Source of the DNA: Eubacteriales bacterium
GTDB taxonomy: Bacteria; Bacillota; Clostridia; Oscillospirales; CAG-272
Reading direction: 5' to 3'
DNA: 64,000 nt
NCBI GenBank assembly: GCA_045594085.1
Contig: JAZNXW010000020.1
Location: 5,768 to 69,767 of the forward strand
Below, piece after piece: positions 9,522-17,064 of this stretch (the stretch's first letter is position 1; each line of letters opens with the position of its first letter). The notes under the pieces were generated by a model. The model did no database searches. It saw nothing but the letters and a program-made list of their open reading frames with translations, and had not been told where the DNA came from. A program made the position numbers and the translations under genes.

Positions 9522-9971
9522 ACAGAAAGGAAGGTACAAGCCTATGAAGACTTAACCTTAAACTTTCAGAGAAAAGCGAGGGCCTTAAAAAAGCCGCTTA
9601 AACGAGCTTCCGAATGAAAAAACGGTGATTAAAGTAATTCCGAACAAGTTTTGATCCCACTAATAAAAAGCCGGATCAGAAATCAAAAGGAACAAATAAT
9701 CTTCTTTAGAAAGTAAAACAATTTCGTCTTTTACGGAAAGAAAACTAAAAGAACCGACCAATCAAAAACGAACCTGTGATACGTGATCGAAAGACACAAA
9801 ATCAAACGACAGGATCGAGAAGAAATAAGGTTTCATACGTTTCCGAAAATCGGCTGAGTAAAAGACAGATAAACGAAAGACGAGGAATAAAAAAGATGTT
9901 AGATATCAAGAATCAGGAGTGAGCCTTGATTGCAGTATTTAAGATGCAGTCAAGGCTCACATTGTTTTTGT
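9522..9971 (+). ncRNA. Candidate non-coding transcript of about 450 nt, A/purine-rich, function unknown
   Basis: It is bounded by the promoter at 9487-9515 and the 16-bp-stem terminator at 9919-9971. No ORF of 60 aa or more exists in any frame. The plus strand is strongly A-rich, unlike its surroundings. Confidence 0.4.
9919..9971 (+). terminator. Intrinsic terminator (16-bp stem)
   Basis: GTGAGCCTTGATTGCA-N10-TGCAGTCAAGGCTCAC (one T.G wobble pair) followed by ATTGTTTTTGT. Confidence 0.75.
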
Positions 9972-9982
9972 ATTCTATTCGA

Positions 9983-10005
9983 ACGGCGTGAGCCGTTTTT
10001 TTGTT
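9983..10005 (+). terminator. Second small plus-strand intrinsic terminator
   Basis: ACGGC-GTGA-GCCGT followed by TTTTTTTG. Confidence 0.5.
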
Positions 10006-10010
10006 TGGGA

Positions 10011-10045
10011 AAACAAAAAAGCACTCGCAAATGCAAGTGCTTTTT
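10011..10045 (-). terminator. Terminator of tRNA-Arg (hairpin flanked by A- and T-runs, usable in both directions)
   Basis: GCACTCGC-AAAT-GCAAGTGC (one C.A mismatch), with AAAAAA upstream and TTTTT downstream on the plus strand. Confidence 0.65.
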
Positions 10046-10118
10046 CGCGCCATGCAGGATTCGAACCTGCGACCTACCGGTTCGTAGCCGGGCACTCTAT
10101 CCACTGAGCTAATAGCGC
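10046..10118 (-). tRNA. tRNA-Arg (anticodon ACG)
   Basis: The reverse complement GCGCTATTAGCTCAGTGGATAGAGTGCCCGGCTACGAACCGGTAGGTCGCAGGTTCGAATCCTGCATGGCGCG folds as a cloverleaf. The anticodon loop is CTACGAA and the T-loop is TTCGAAT. CCA is not encoded. Confidence 0.9.
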
Positions 10119-10139
10119 ATCTCTCAATCGAGCTTACCT

Positions 10140-10168
10140 ATAATATCACATAATTTCACGATTGTCAA
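10140..10168 (-). promoter_or_regulatory. Promoter of tRNA-Arg (TTGACA-17-TATTAT, TGn extended -10)
   Basis: The reverse complement of 10163-10168 is TTGACA and of 10140-10145 is TATTAT, with a 17-nt spacer. Confidence 0.6.
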
Positions 10169-10271
10169 GCACATTTTTTTATTTTTTTCATTTAGTCATT
10201 TTTTATATATGCACCGCCGAGCTTGACGGGATTTTCTGTGGATTGCACATCACACTGATGCAAATACACGA

Positions 10272-10300
10272 TTGACATATGCAAAAAAAGCTGATATAAT
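10272..10300 (+). promoter_or_regulatory. Consensus sigma-A promoter (TTGACA-17-TATAAT) of the lysine-riboswitch and dap operon
   Basis: TTGACA at 10272-10277 and TATAAT at 10295-10300. Confidence 0.7.
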
Positions 10301-10328
10301 TAGGAATACCGATAAAATATTGCAATTA

Positions 10329-10486
10329 TAGGATAGAGGCGCGGTGAGTCAAGAGTAGCCTCGGTGTAAAGGCTTTCGCAAAGCCGTTACCGTTCGTAAA
10401 AGGGACCGCCGCCGAAGATGAGTCTGCGAAGCTCATCTGGTCTTTCGGATAATATCCGTCTGACTGTCGCGCAAGCGGAGAGCTAT
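10329..10486 (+). promoter_or_regulatory. Lysine riboswitch (L-box) aptamer
   Basis: It starts with the conserved AGAGGCGC core and ends with GGAGAGCT. Internal ...GTAGCC..GAAAGGG..CCGCCGAAG..CTGG.. blocks are typical of the L-box. It lies directly upstream of lysine biosynthesis genes. Confidence 0.85.
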
Positions 10487-10537
10487 TGTGATTGCGAGCA
10501 CGGGTGCGGCAGTACCCTACTCAAATGACATTAACGG

Positions 10538-10577
10538 CAGCCGACGCGCAAAACGCATTCGGCTGTCTTATTATTTG
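10538..10577 (+). terminator. Probable expression-platform terminator of the L-box
   Basis: CAGCCGA...TCGGCTG hairpin followed by TCTTATTATTTG, lying between the aptamer and the dapA RBS. Confidence 0.55.
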
Positions 10578-10622
10578 TCCGACGGTTGCAGTAAAACGAA
10601 AAACACCGAAAGGATCATCATC

Positions 10623-11513
10623 ATGACAAAAAATCCCATCTTCAAGGGCGCGGCGACCGCACTTATAACTCCTCTTACAGAGTCCGGCATTGATTTCGAT
10701 GCGTTCGGCAGACTCATCGATTGGCAGATCGAGTCCGGCATCGACGCGCTTGTTGTCGCAGGCACAACCGGCGAAGCATCCACGCTCACAGACGATGAGC
10801 ACCGCGACGCCATCCGTTTCTGTGCCGAGCGCACTGCAGGCAGAGTTCCCGTTATCGCGGGCACAGGCTCCAACGACACCGACTACGCGCTTGATCTCAC
10901 ACGCTGCGCGTGTGAAGCCGGCGCAGACGCCGTCCTCGTTGTTACCCCCTACTACAACAAGGCAACACAGAACGGTCTTGTCAAAATGTTCTCCGCCATC
11001 GCGGACGCGTCTACCAAGCCCGTTATCCTTTACAACGTTCCTTCACGTACAGGCGTGAATATCGAGCCCGCGACCTACGCAAAGCTCGCTGACCACGAGA
11101 ATATCGCCGCGTTCAAGGAAGCAAACGGTAACATCTCCAAGATAGTTGAAACAGTTGCTCTCGTAGGCGACAAGCTCGACATCTACTCCGGCAACGACGA
11201 CCAGATCGTTCCCGTCCTTTCTATGGGCGGCGCGGGCGTCATCTCCGTTCTTTCCAACCTCATCCCGCGCGAAACGTCCGAAATCTGCCACCGATTCTTC
11301 AACGGCGACGTGGCAGGCGCGGCAAAGATGCAGTGCGATTATCTCCCCCTCGTCAATGCGCTCTTTTCCGAGGTCAACCCCATTCCCGTTAAGGCTGCCA
11401 TGGCAAAGATGGGCTTCTGCGAGAACTATCTGCGTCTGCCTCTGACCGAAATGGAGGACGCACACGCAGAGGTGCTTTACGCGATCATGCGCCGTCACGG
11501 TCTTATCGCGTAA
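10623..11513 (+). CDS. dapA: 4-hydroxy-tetrahydrodipicolinate synthase
   Basis: The start is taken at ATG 10623 (MTKNPIFKGAATALITP, RBS AAAGGA). The track start at 10488 would read through the riboswitch terminator. It has the GTTGE motif (VVAGTTGEAST). Confidence 0.93.
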   Translation: MTKNPIFKGAATALITPLTESGIDFDAFGRLIDWQIESGIDALVVAGTTGEASTLTDDEHRDAIRFCAERTAGRVPVIAGTGSNDTDYALDLTRCACEAGADAVLVVTPYYNKATQNGLVKMFSAIADASTKPVILYNVPSRTGVNIEPATYAKLADHENIAAFKEANGNISKIVETVALVGDKLDIYSGNDDQIVPVLSMGGAGVISVLSNLIPRETSEICHRFFNGDVAGAAKMQCDYLPLVNALFSEVNPIPVKAAMAKMGFCENYLRLPLTEMEDAHAEVLYAIMRRHGLIA

Positions 11514-11548
11514 AAGCGTCATATATATAAGAAAAGGAATCATATTTT

Positions 11549-12292
11549 ATGAAGATCATTCTCCATGGCGCATCGGGTCGTATGGGCACTATGATGGCAT
11601 CAGCCATCGAAGCCTCCGAGACGGACATCACCGTCGCGCTCGTTTCCCCCGATTACATAACGGACCCCGATGCGGGAACGTACAATTCCCTCGCAGATTG
11701 CGGAGTCACGGCAGATTGCATCGTCGATTTTTCGACTCATACGGCAACTCCCGCCCTGCTTGATTATGCCGTCAGTCACGCTCTTCCCGTCGTTATTGCG
11801 ACAACGGGACACACCGAAGACGAGCTTTGTGCAATCAACGCAGCGGCAAAATCCGTTCCCGTGTTTTTCGCATCGAATATGTCCGTTGGCATCGCAGTGT
11901 TGGTCGAGATGGCAAAAAAAGCTGCCGCCGCGTTCCCTGACGCCGACATCGAGATCGTCGAAGCTCATCACAAGAACAAGCTCGACGCTCCGAGTGGCAC
12001 CGCAAAGACGCTTTTCGAGGCTGTCAGATCCGTGCGCGAGCGCGCGTGGATGAAGCTCGGCAGACACGGACTTGAAAAGCGCACTGAAGACGAGATCGGT
12101 ATGCATTCGATCAGAGCTGCCGCCATCGTCGGACGCCACGAGGTCATCATCGCCACTCCCGGAGAGACCTTGACCCTCACTCACGAGGCGCACGACCGCT
12201 CCCTTTTCGCAAACGGAGCTCTCGCCGCCGCACATTTCATCGGTGCCAAGCCCGCGGGACTTTATTCGATGCCCGATATGCTTGGCGACTGA
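11549..12292 (+). CDS. dapB: 4-hydroxy-tetrahydrodipicolinate reductase
   Basis: 247-aa ORF with N-terminal GASGRMG and signature EAHHKNKLDAPSGTA. Confidence 0.93.
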   Translation: MKIILHGASGRMGTMMASAIEASETDITVALVSPDYITDPDAGTYNSLADCGVTADCIVDFSTHTATPALLDYAVSHALPVVIATTGHTEDELCAINAAAKSVPVFFASNMSVGIAVLVEMAKKAAAAFPDADIEIVEAHHKNKLDAPSGTAKTLFEAVRSVRERAWMKLGRHGLEKRTEDEIGMHSIRAAAIVGRHEVIIATPGETLTLTHEAHDRSLFANGALAAAHFIGAKPAGLYSMPDMLGD

Positions 12293-12317
12293 CAAATAAA
12301 CGAAAAGAGTTATTTAT

Positions 12318-13298
12318 ATGAAAATAGGCATTTACGGATACGGCAACCTCGGACGCGGAGTCGAGGCTGCGATAATGCAGAACCCCGACATGGAGCTTTT
12401 TGCGGTCTTCACGCGCCGTGATCCGGATTCACTCAAAATACGCACGAAAAGCGCGAAAGTCCTCCCTGCCGCCGACGTGACAAGCTACGTCAACGATATC
12501 GACGTTATGATCATCTGCGGCGGATCCGCAACGGATCTTCCCGAAATGACGCCGTATCTGTCACGTCATTTCAACTGCATCGACAGCTTTGACACTCATG
12601 CAATGATCCCGCATCATTTCGCCGCCGTAGATGAAGCGGCGAAGGCAGGCGGCAACGTCTCGCTCATATCCGCGGGATGGGATCCCGGTATGTTCTCGCT
12701 CCTGCGTCTTTACGGCGAAGCCGTGCTTCCCGCAGGCGAAAGCTATACGTTCTGGGGACGCGGAGTCAGCCAGGGACATTCCGACGCGATCAGACGTATT
12801 GACGGCGTCATCGACGCGCGTCAGTACACGGTTCCCGTTGCGTCCGCGCTTGAAGCTGTCAGAAACGGCGAATGCCCCGCGCTCACAACGCGCGAAAAGC
12901 ACACTCGCGAATGCTACGTCGTTGCCGCGCCCGATGCGGATAAAGCGAAAATCGAGCGCGAGATCGTAACGATGCCCAATTATTTCGCCGATTACGACAC
13001 GACCGTTCATTTCATCACGGAAGATGAAATGAAGCACGATCATGCTTCCCTCCCTCACGGCGGCAACGTGATCCGTTCGGGTGTGACCGGTATCGACGGT
13101 TCTTCCCGTCAGACGATCGAATATTCGCTTACGCTTGATTCCAATCCCGAATTCACCGGCTCCGTGCTTGTCGCATATGCACGCGCCGTACACCGTCTGT
13201 CATCGCGTGGCGAGGTTGGTGCACGCACCGTGTTCGATATTGCTCCGGCGGAGCTTTCCATCCACGACGGAGCCTATCTCCGCGAGCATATGCTCTGA
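12318..13298 (+). CDS. ddh: meso-diaminopimelate D-dehydrogenase
   Basis: 326-aa ORF with N-terminal GIYGYGNLGRG Rossmann motif and Ddh-like length and layout. It sits between dapB and lysA. Confidence 0.85.
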   Translation: MKIGIYGYGNLGRGVEAAIMQNPDMELFAVFTRRDPDSLKIRTKSAKVLPAADVTSYVNDIDVMIICGGSATDLPEMTPYLSRHFNCIDSFDTHAMIPHHFAAVDEAAKAGGNVSLISAGWDPGMFSLLRLYGEAVLPAGESYTFWGRGVSQGHSDAIRRIDGVIDARQYTVPVASALEAVRNGECPALTTREKHTRECYVVAAPDADKAKIEREIVTMPNYFADYDTTVHFITEDEMKHDHASLPHGGNVIRSGVTGIDGSSRQTIEYSLTLDSNPEFTGSVLVAYARAVHRLSSRGEVGARTVFDIAPAELSIHDGAYLREHML

Positions 13299-13328
13299 TT
13301 TAGTCAATTGTAGAAAGTTATTTTCGAT

Positions 13329-14633
13329 ATGTTATCCAACAACATCAGCTACACAAAAAGCGGCGAGCTACGCTTCGCCGGCGTAAGCGTCAACGAGCTT
13401 GCGGAAAGCTTCGGAACGCCCCTTTACCTTTACGATGAGCAGCGTATCATCGACAATTGCCTTACATATCAAAACGCAATGAACGCCCATTTCGGTGATG
13501 GAAGCTATCCTATATACGCCGGAAAAGCCGCTTCATTCGGGTACATTTACAAGATTTTGACGTCGCTTTCGATGTCCGCAGACTTTGTTTCGGCAGGCGA
13601 GCTCTACACAGCAAGCCGCGCAGGATTTGATATGTCGCGCGGATTCTTCCACGGAAATGCAAAGACAAACGCCGAAATTGACTTTGCAATCGAGGTCGGC
13701 ACAGGTCATTTCGTCATTGACAACGAGGATGATCTTCGTGCTGTCGCAGACGCGGCGCGACGCCACGGTATACGTCAGCGCGTTCTGCTCCGCATCACGC
13801 CCGGCATCGACCCCCACACATACGAAGCCGTCGCGACGGGCAAGGTAGACTCGAAATTCGGTCTCCCGATCAAAACGGGACAGGCGCAGAAATTTGTCAA
13901 AAAAGCGCTTTGCGAAGACTCGCTTGAGCTCGTCGGCTATCACTGTCACATCGGCTCGCAAGTGTTCGACGATGACGCCGACGTTTATACAGACACGGCA
14001 AAGGTAATGCTCGACTTTGCGTTCGAGATCCGTAACAGCCTCGGATTTTACCCCGAATATCTCAACATTGGCGGCGGATTCGGCGTGCGCTACACCGAAT
14101 CCGATCCTTCCCTCGACATCACCCTCGGAATAAAACGCATCGCTGATTTTATCAAAGCCTATGCCGTCGAAAACGGCGTTTCCGCTCCGAAGATCCTCAT
14201 GGAACCCGGCAGAAGCATCGTTGCCGACGCAGGTATGACCGTATACACAGTTGAGACGGTCAAGCACATCACAGGATATAAATCCTACGTCGCCGTTGAC
14301 GGCGGCATGACCGACAATCCGCGCTACGCGCTTTACCGCTCCGCGTACACAGTTTATCCCGCGACGCATTCGGACGAGGAAATAACCTGTGATCTTGTCG
14401 GCAAGTGCTGTGAGTCCGGCGACATCATACAGCCCGCAGTAACTCTTCCCAAAGCGATCTGCCGCGGCGACAGAGTCGCTGTCGCGACTACGGGAGCGTA
14501 CAACTATTCAATGGCGTCGAATTACAATCGCATACCACGCCCTGCGGTTGTGATGATCAAAAACGGAGAAGGTAAGCTCGCCGTCAGACGCGAAACATAC
14601 GCGGACGTCTACTCGCTCGACGTTATTGACTAA
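13329..14633 (+). CDS. lysA: Diaminopimelate decarboxylase
   Basis: 434-aa ORF with PLP-lysine region YAGKA, IGGGFGVRY and the CESGD motif. Confidence 0.94.
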   Translation: MLSNNISYTKSGELRFAGVSVNELAESFGTPLYLYDEQRIIDNCLTYQNAMNAHFGDGSYPIYAGKAASFGYIYKILTSLSMSADFVSAGELYTASRAGFDMSRGFFHGNAKTNAEIDFAIEVGTGHFVIDNEDDLRAVADAARRHGIRQRVLLRITPGIDPHTYEAVATGKVDSKFGLPIKTGQAQKFVKKALCEDSLELVGYHCHIGSQVFDDDADVYTDTAKVMLDFAFEIRNSLGFYPEYLNIGGGFGVRYTESDPSLDITLGIKRIADFIKAYAVENGVSAPKILMEPGRSIVADAGMTVYTVETVKHITGYKSYVAVDGGMTDNPRYALYRSAYTVYPATHSDEEITCDLVGKCCESGDIIQPAVTLPKAICRGDRVAVATTGAYNYSMASNYNRIPRPAVVMIKNGEGKLAVRRETYADVYSLDVID

Positions 14634-14642
14634 AACCGCATC

Positions 14643-14680
14643 AAAAAACCTCGCAAAACGCTGTTTTGCGAGGTTTTTAT
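14643..14680. terminator. Bidirectional terminator between lysA and the O-antigen-ligase-like gene
   Basis: AAAAAA, then CCTCGCAAAAC-GCT-GTTTTGCGAGG, then TTTTT. Confidence 0.85.
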
Positions 14681-14691
14681 TTGTTTTGATA

Positions 14692-16119
14692 TCACAAGAC
14701 TGCAAGCTCAGTCTCTTTTTCTTCGGCAGGAGCGCCTTTTTTACTATTTTCAGAGCTCACAGATTTGCCCGATGTCAAAGCGTTGCCGTCCTCCATCATA
14801 AGGAAGTACGTGACGGCAAGCGCCGCGTACGGCATCGGACAGAATTCGCCGGGATTCACCTGCGACATAAGGAAAAGTCCGAAATACGAGATCAAGTAAA
14901 GGAAATTCAGCTTGCTTTTGTTTTTGAAGAATATGATAAGTCTTCCGATCCCCTGATAACCGTAAGCTGCGGTGCCGACAAGACCGAGTCCGCCAATGAC
15001 CTGCGCAAACCACATATGGTACCAGTTCATCGCACCCTTGACGGGATTGTATACGTCGGAATTTCCCGTATAACCGATGCCCACACCGAAAACGGGATTC
15101 GTCTTGAAGTCCTTGACCATACGGTAAAGAAGCTTTGTTCTCGCCCTGTCGAAGAAGATCTCGCAGATCTTTTCGATATACTCTTTGAGTGTGAGATCCT
15201 CATCATCCTCCGCGAAGTCCACGCCGCAGAGCTCTGCAACGTAAGGCACCCAGAAGACAAGTCCTATAACCAGACAAAGCACAAGCGCACCGCACACAAG
15301 GAATTTGAGATTCTTTTTACATGACATAAACGCCCAAACTATAAGCAGTATCACAAATTCGATAGATCCCATAAGGATTCCGCCGCGCGATCCCGTAAAT
15401 ACAGTGCAGACGTACATAAGGCACACAGAAAGAATATCTCCGTGACGCTTCGCCGTGTAATAAAGCGGGAACGGCATTGCAAGCATAAGGAACGTAGCAA
15501 GATTGTTGCTTGAACGGAAATAGAGGAACTTGTCCGTAGCACGAAACTGTTCCCAACCCTCGATATAAAATCTCGCAACGCAGAAGCACGCCAGAAGTCC
15601 CACTATGTACATGATCTTCGCGATCTCGTGAGGTGCGTCCTCAGTAAGCTGTGACTTAACAAGCAGATAGAACAGTGCCATTCCGGCACCGAGACCGAAC
15701 ACATAGAAAAGCGCTGTCGGGTAGAAATACTCGGAAGTGGATATAGTACCTACTCCGCCGAGCGTTACAGCCACGGTAACGGCACAGATGCCGTAAAATG
15801 ATTTGCCGATGCGGATCGGTTTTCTGTACTTGACAAAATGGTATATCACCGCGAACACCGGAGGGATAGCCGCCCACGCCTTTGCAAGGAAGGTGTCTGC
15901 CGAGTCATAGCATCGCGTGACAAACACAGCCAGAAGCATAGCCGGAAGCATAGCGTCCGTGAGTCTCGATGACATCACAAGCACCGCAGATACGATAAAC
16001 ACATACAGAACAGCGCCGTTCACCTCCTGATTGAACGAAGCAATCAAAATGGCGAGCAAAATCAATGCTGTCGGGTATATGTAGGTGAATTTTTTGTTTT
16101 TGAATAAACTGTCACACAT
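14692..16119 (-). CDS. O-antigen ligase / Wzy_C-family polytopic membrane protein
   Basis: 475-aa ORF with about 10 or more hydrophobic helices, an FTGSRGG motif in a loop as in the Wzy_C/O-antigen ligase family, and a hydrophilic C-terminal tail. Confidence 0.7.
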   Translation of the reverse strand: MCDSLFKNKKFTYIYPTALILLAILIASFNQEVNGAVLYVFIVSAVLVMSSRLTDAMLPAMLLAVFVTRCYDSADTFLAKAWAAIPPVFAVIYHFVKYRKPIRIGKSFYGICAVTVAVTLGGVGTISTSEYFYPTALFYVFGLGAGMALFYLLVKSQLTEDAPHEIAKIMYIVGLLACFCVARFYIEGWEQFRATDKFLYFRSSNNLATFLMLAMPFPLYYTAKRHGDILSVCLMYVCTVFTGSRGGILMGSIEFVILLIVWAFMSCKKNLKFLVCGALVLCLVIGLVFWVPYVAELCGVDFAEDDEDLTLKEYIEKICEIFFDRARTKLLYRMVKDFKTNPVFGVGIGYTGNSDVYNPVKGAMNWYHMWFAQVIGGLGLVGTAAYGYQGIGRLIIFFKNKSKLNFLYLISYFGLFLMSQVNPGEFCPMPYAALAVTYFLMMEDGNALTSGKSVSSENSKKGAPAEEKETELAVL

Positions 16120-16167
16120 AATAATTCGTCTTTTCAGTCAATCAAGATTCTGCCGCCTGGCAGGACG

Positions 16168-16824
16168 TCATTTTATGGGGATCTGATCGCCGAGATAAGT
16201 CGGCAAAGGCATGAACAACGTGTAGAGGAAATCCTTGTTTCGAGCCGCGATCTCGCGGAGGTCGCGGTAGGTCTGTCCCATATACGTGCGCACGTCGGCG
16301 GAAACGCCGACTGCCTCAAGCCCAAGCTTTTCGGCAACGTACAGCGCGCGGTACAGATGATATTCCTGAGTAACGATAATGATTCTTTCCGCACAGAAAA
16401 TATCACGTGCGCGATAAAGGCTCTCGTACGTAGAAAATCCTGCATAATCAGCGAAGATATCTTCCTCGGAGACACCGTTTTCGAGGCAATAGCGCTCCAT
16501 TGCCTCAGGCTCGTTATACTCAACGCGTGAATTGTCGCCCGAGATCAGTATCTTCGGTGCGGCACCGGATTTATAAAGCTCAACACCCACCTTGAGTCTG
16601 TCCTCAAGCATATCGCTCGGCTCTCCGTCCTCGCGCACACCTGCACCGAGAATGAGGATGCAATCCGCATCGATACGGTCAGCGACGTCATCGGAATCAA
16701 CGATCAGCTCTGAGGCGGCGTTCATTACGATAGCATTTACTGTCAGCGCTGTTGCCAAAAGGATCACTCCAAGCAAAAGCAAGATGATCACAACTATGCA
16801 AATTACCTTCTTTTTGCTTTTCAT
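16168..16824 (-). CDS. SanA/YdcF (DUF218) family membrane-anchored protein
   Basis: 218-aa ORF with an N-terminal TM helix, LILGAGV...SGDN and IIVTQEYHLYRA, all typical of the SanA/DUF218 family. Confidence 0.8.
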   Translation of the reverse strand: MKSKKKVICIVVIILLLLGVILLATALTVNAIVMNAASELIVDSDDVADRIDADCILILGAGVREDGEPSDMLEDRLKVGVELYKSGAAPKILISGDNSRVEYNEPEAMERYCLENGVSEEDIFADYAGFSTYESLYRARDIFCAERIIIVTQEYHLYRALYVAEKLGLEAVGVSADVRTYMGQTYRDLREIAARNKDFLYTLFMPLPTYLGDQIPIK

Positions 16825-16941
16825 GAACCGCCTTTGCCTCCGATATACAATTCATCAAGTTAACATTTTACCACAATATTTTATTATTATCAATACTATT
16901 GCGACAATTTGTACAATTGTTTACAAAAACCCAAAAAACTC

Positions 16942-16970
16942 TTGCCATAACTTTCCGTCCATGATATAAT
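16942..16970 (+). promoter_or_regulatory. Candidate promoter (TTGCCA-17-TGaTATAAT) of the glycosyltransferase/flippase genes
   Basis: TTGCCA at 16942-16947 and TATAAT at 16965-16970, preceded by TGa. Confidence 0.5.
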
Positions 16971-17064
16971 ATTATGATTGCGGATTTGGACGTATCTGCA
17001 TATTTCTTGCAAATTTTGACGATTATATCAACTAATACAACCATAAGCGCAAAAGGAGACTGCT

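Noticed and set aside
9544-9555. Mini-ORF ATG AAG ACT TAA behind a strong AAGGAAGG Shine-Dalgarno sequence
   Set aside because: Three codons is too short to call a gene. It is noted only as a possible ribosome-loading site on the candidate RNA.
9516-9971. Assignment of the A-rich RNA to ROOL, GOLLD, OLE, 6S or raiA classes (it lies near a tRNA)
   Set aside because: Those RNAs are highly structured with GC-rich conserved helices. This region is A-rich with few convincing stems, and I recognise none of their conserved cores.
10488-10622. Longer dapA start (track ORF 10488-11513)
   Set aside because: The extension reads through the L-box expression platform and its terminator and has no RBS. 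ATG 10623 has AAAGGA upstream and yields the canonical DapA N-terminus.
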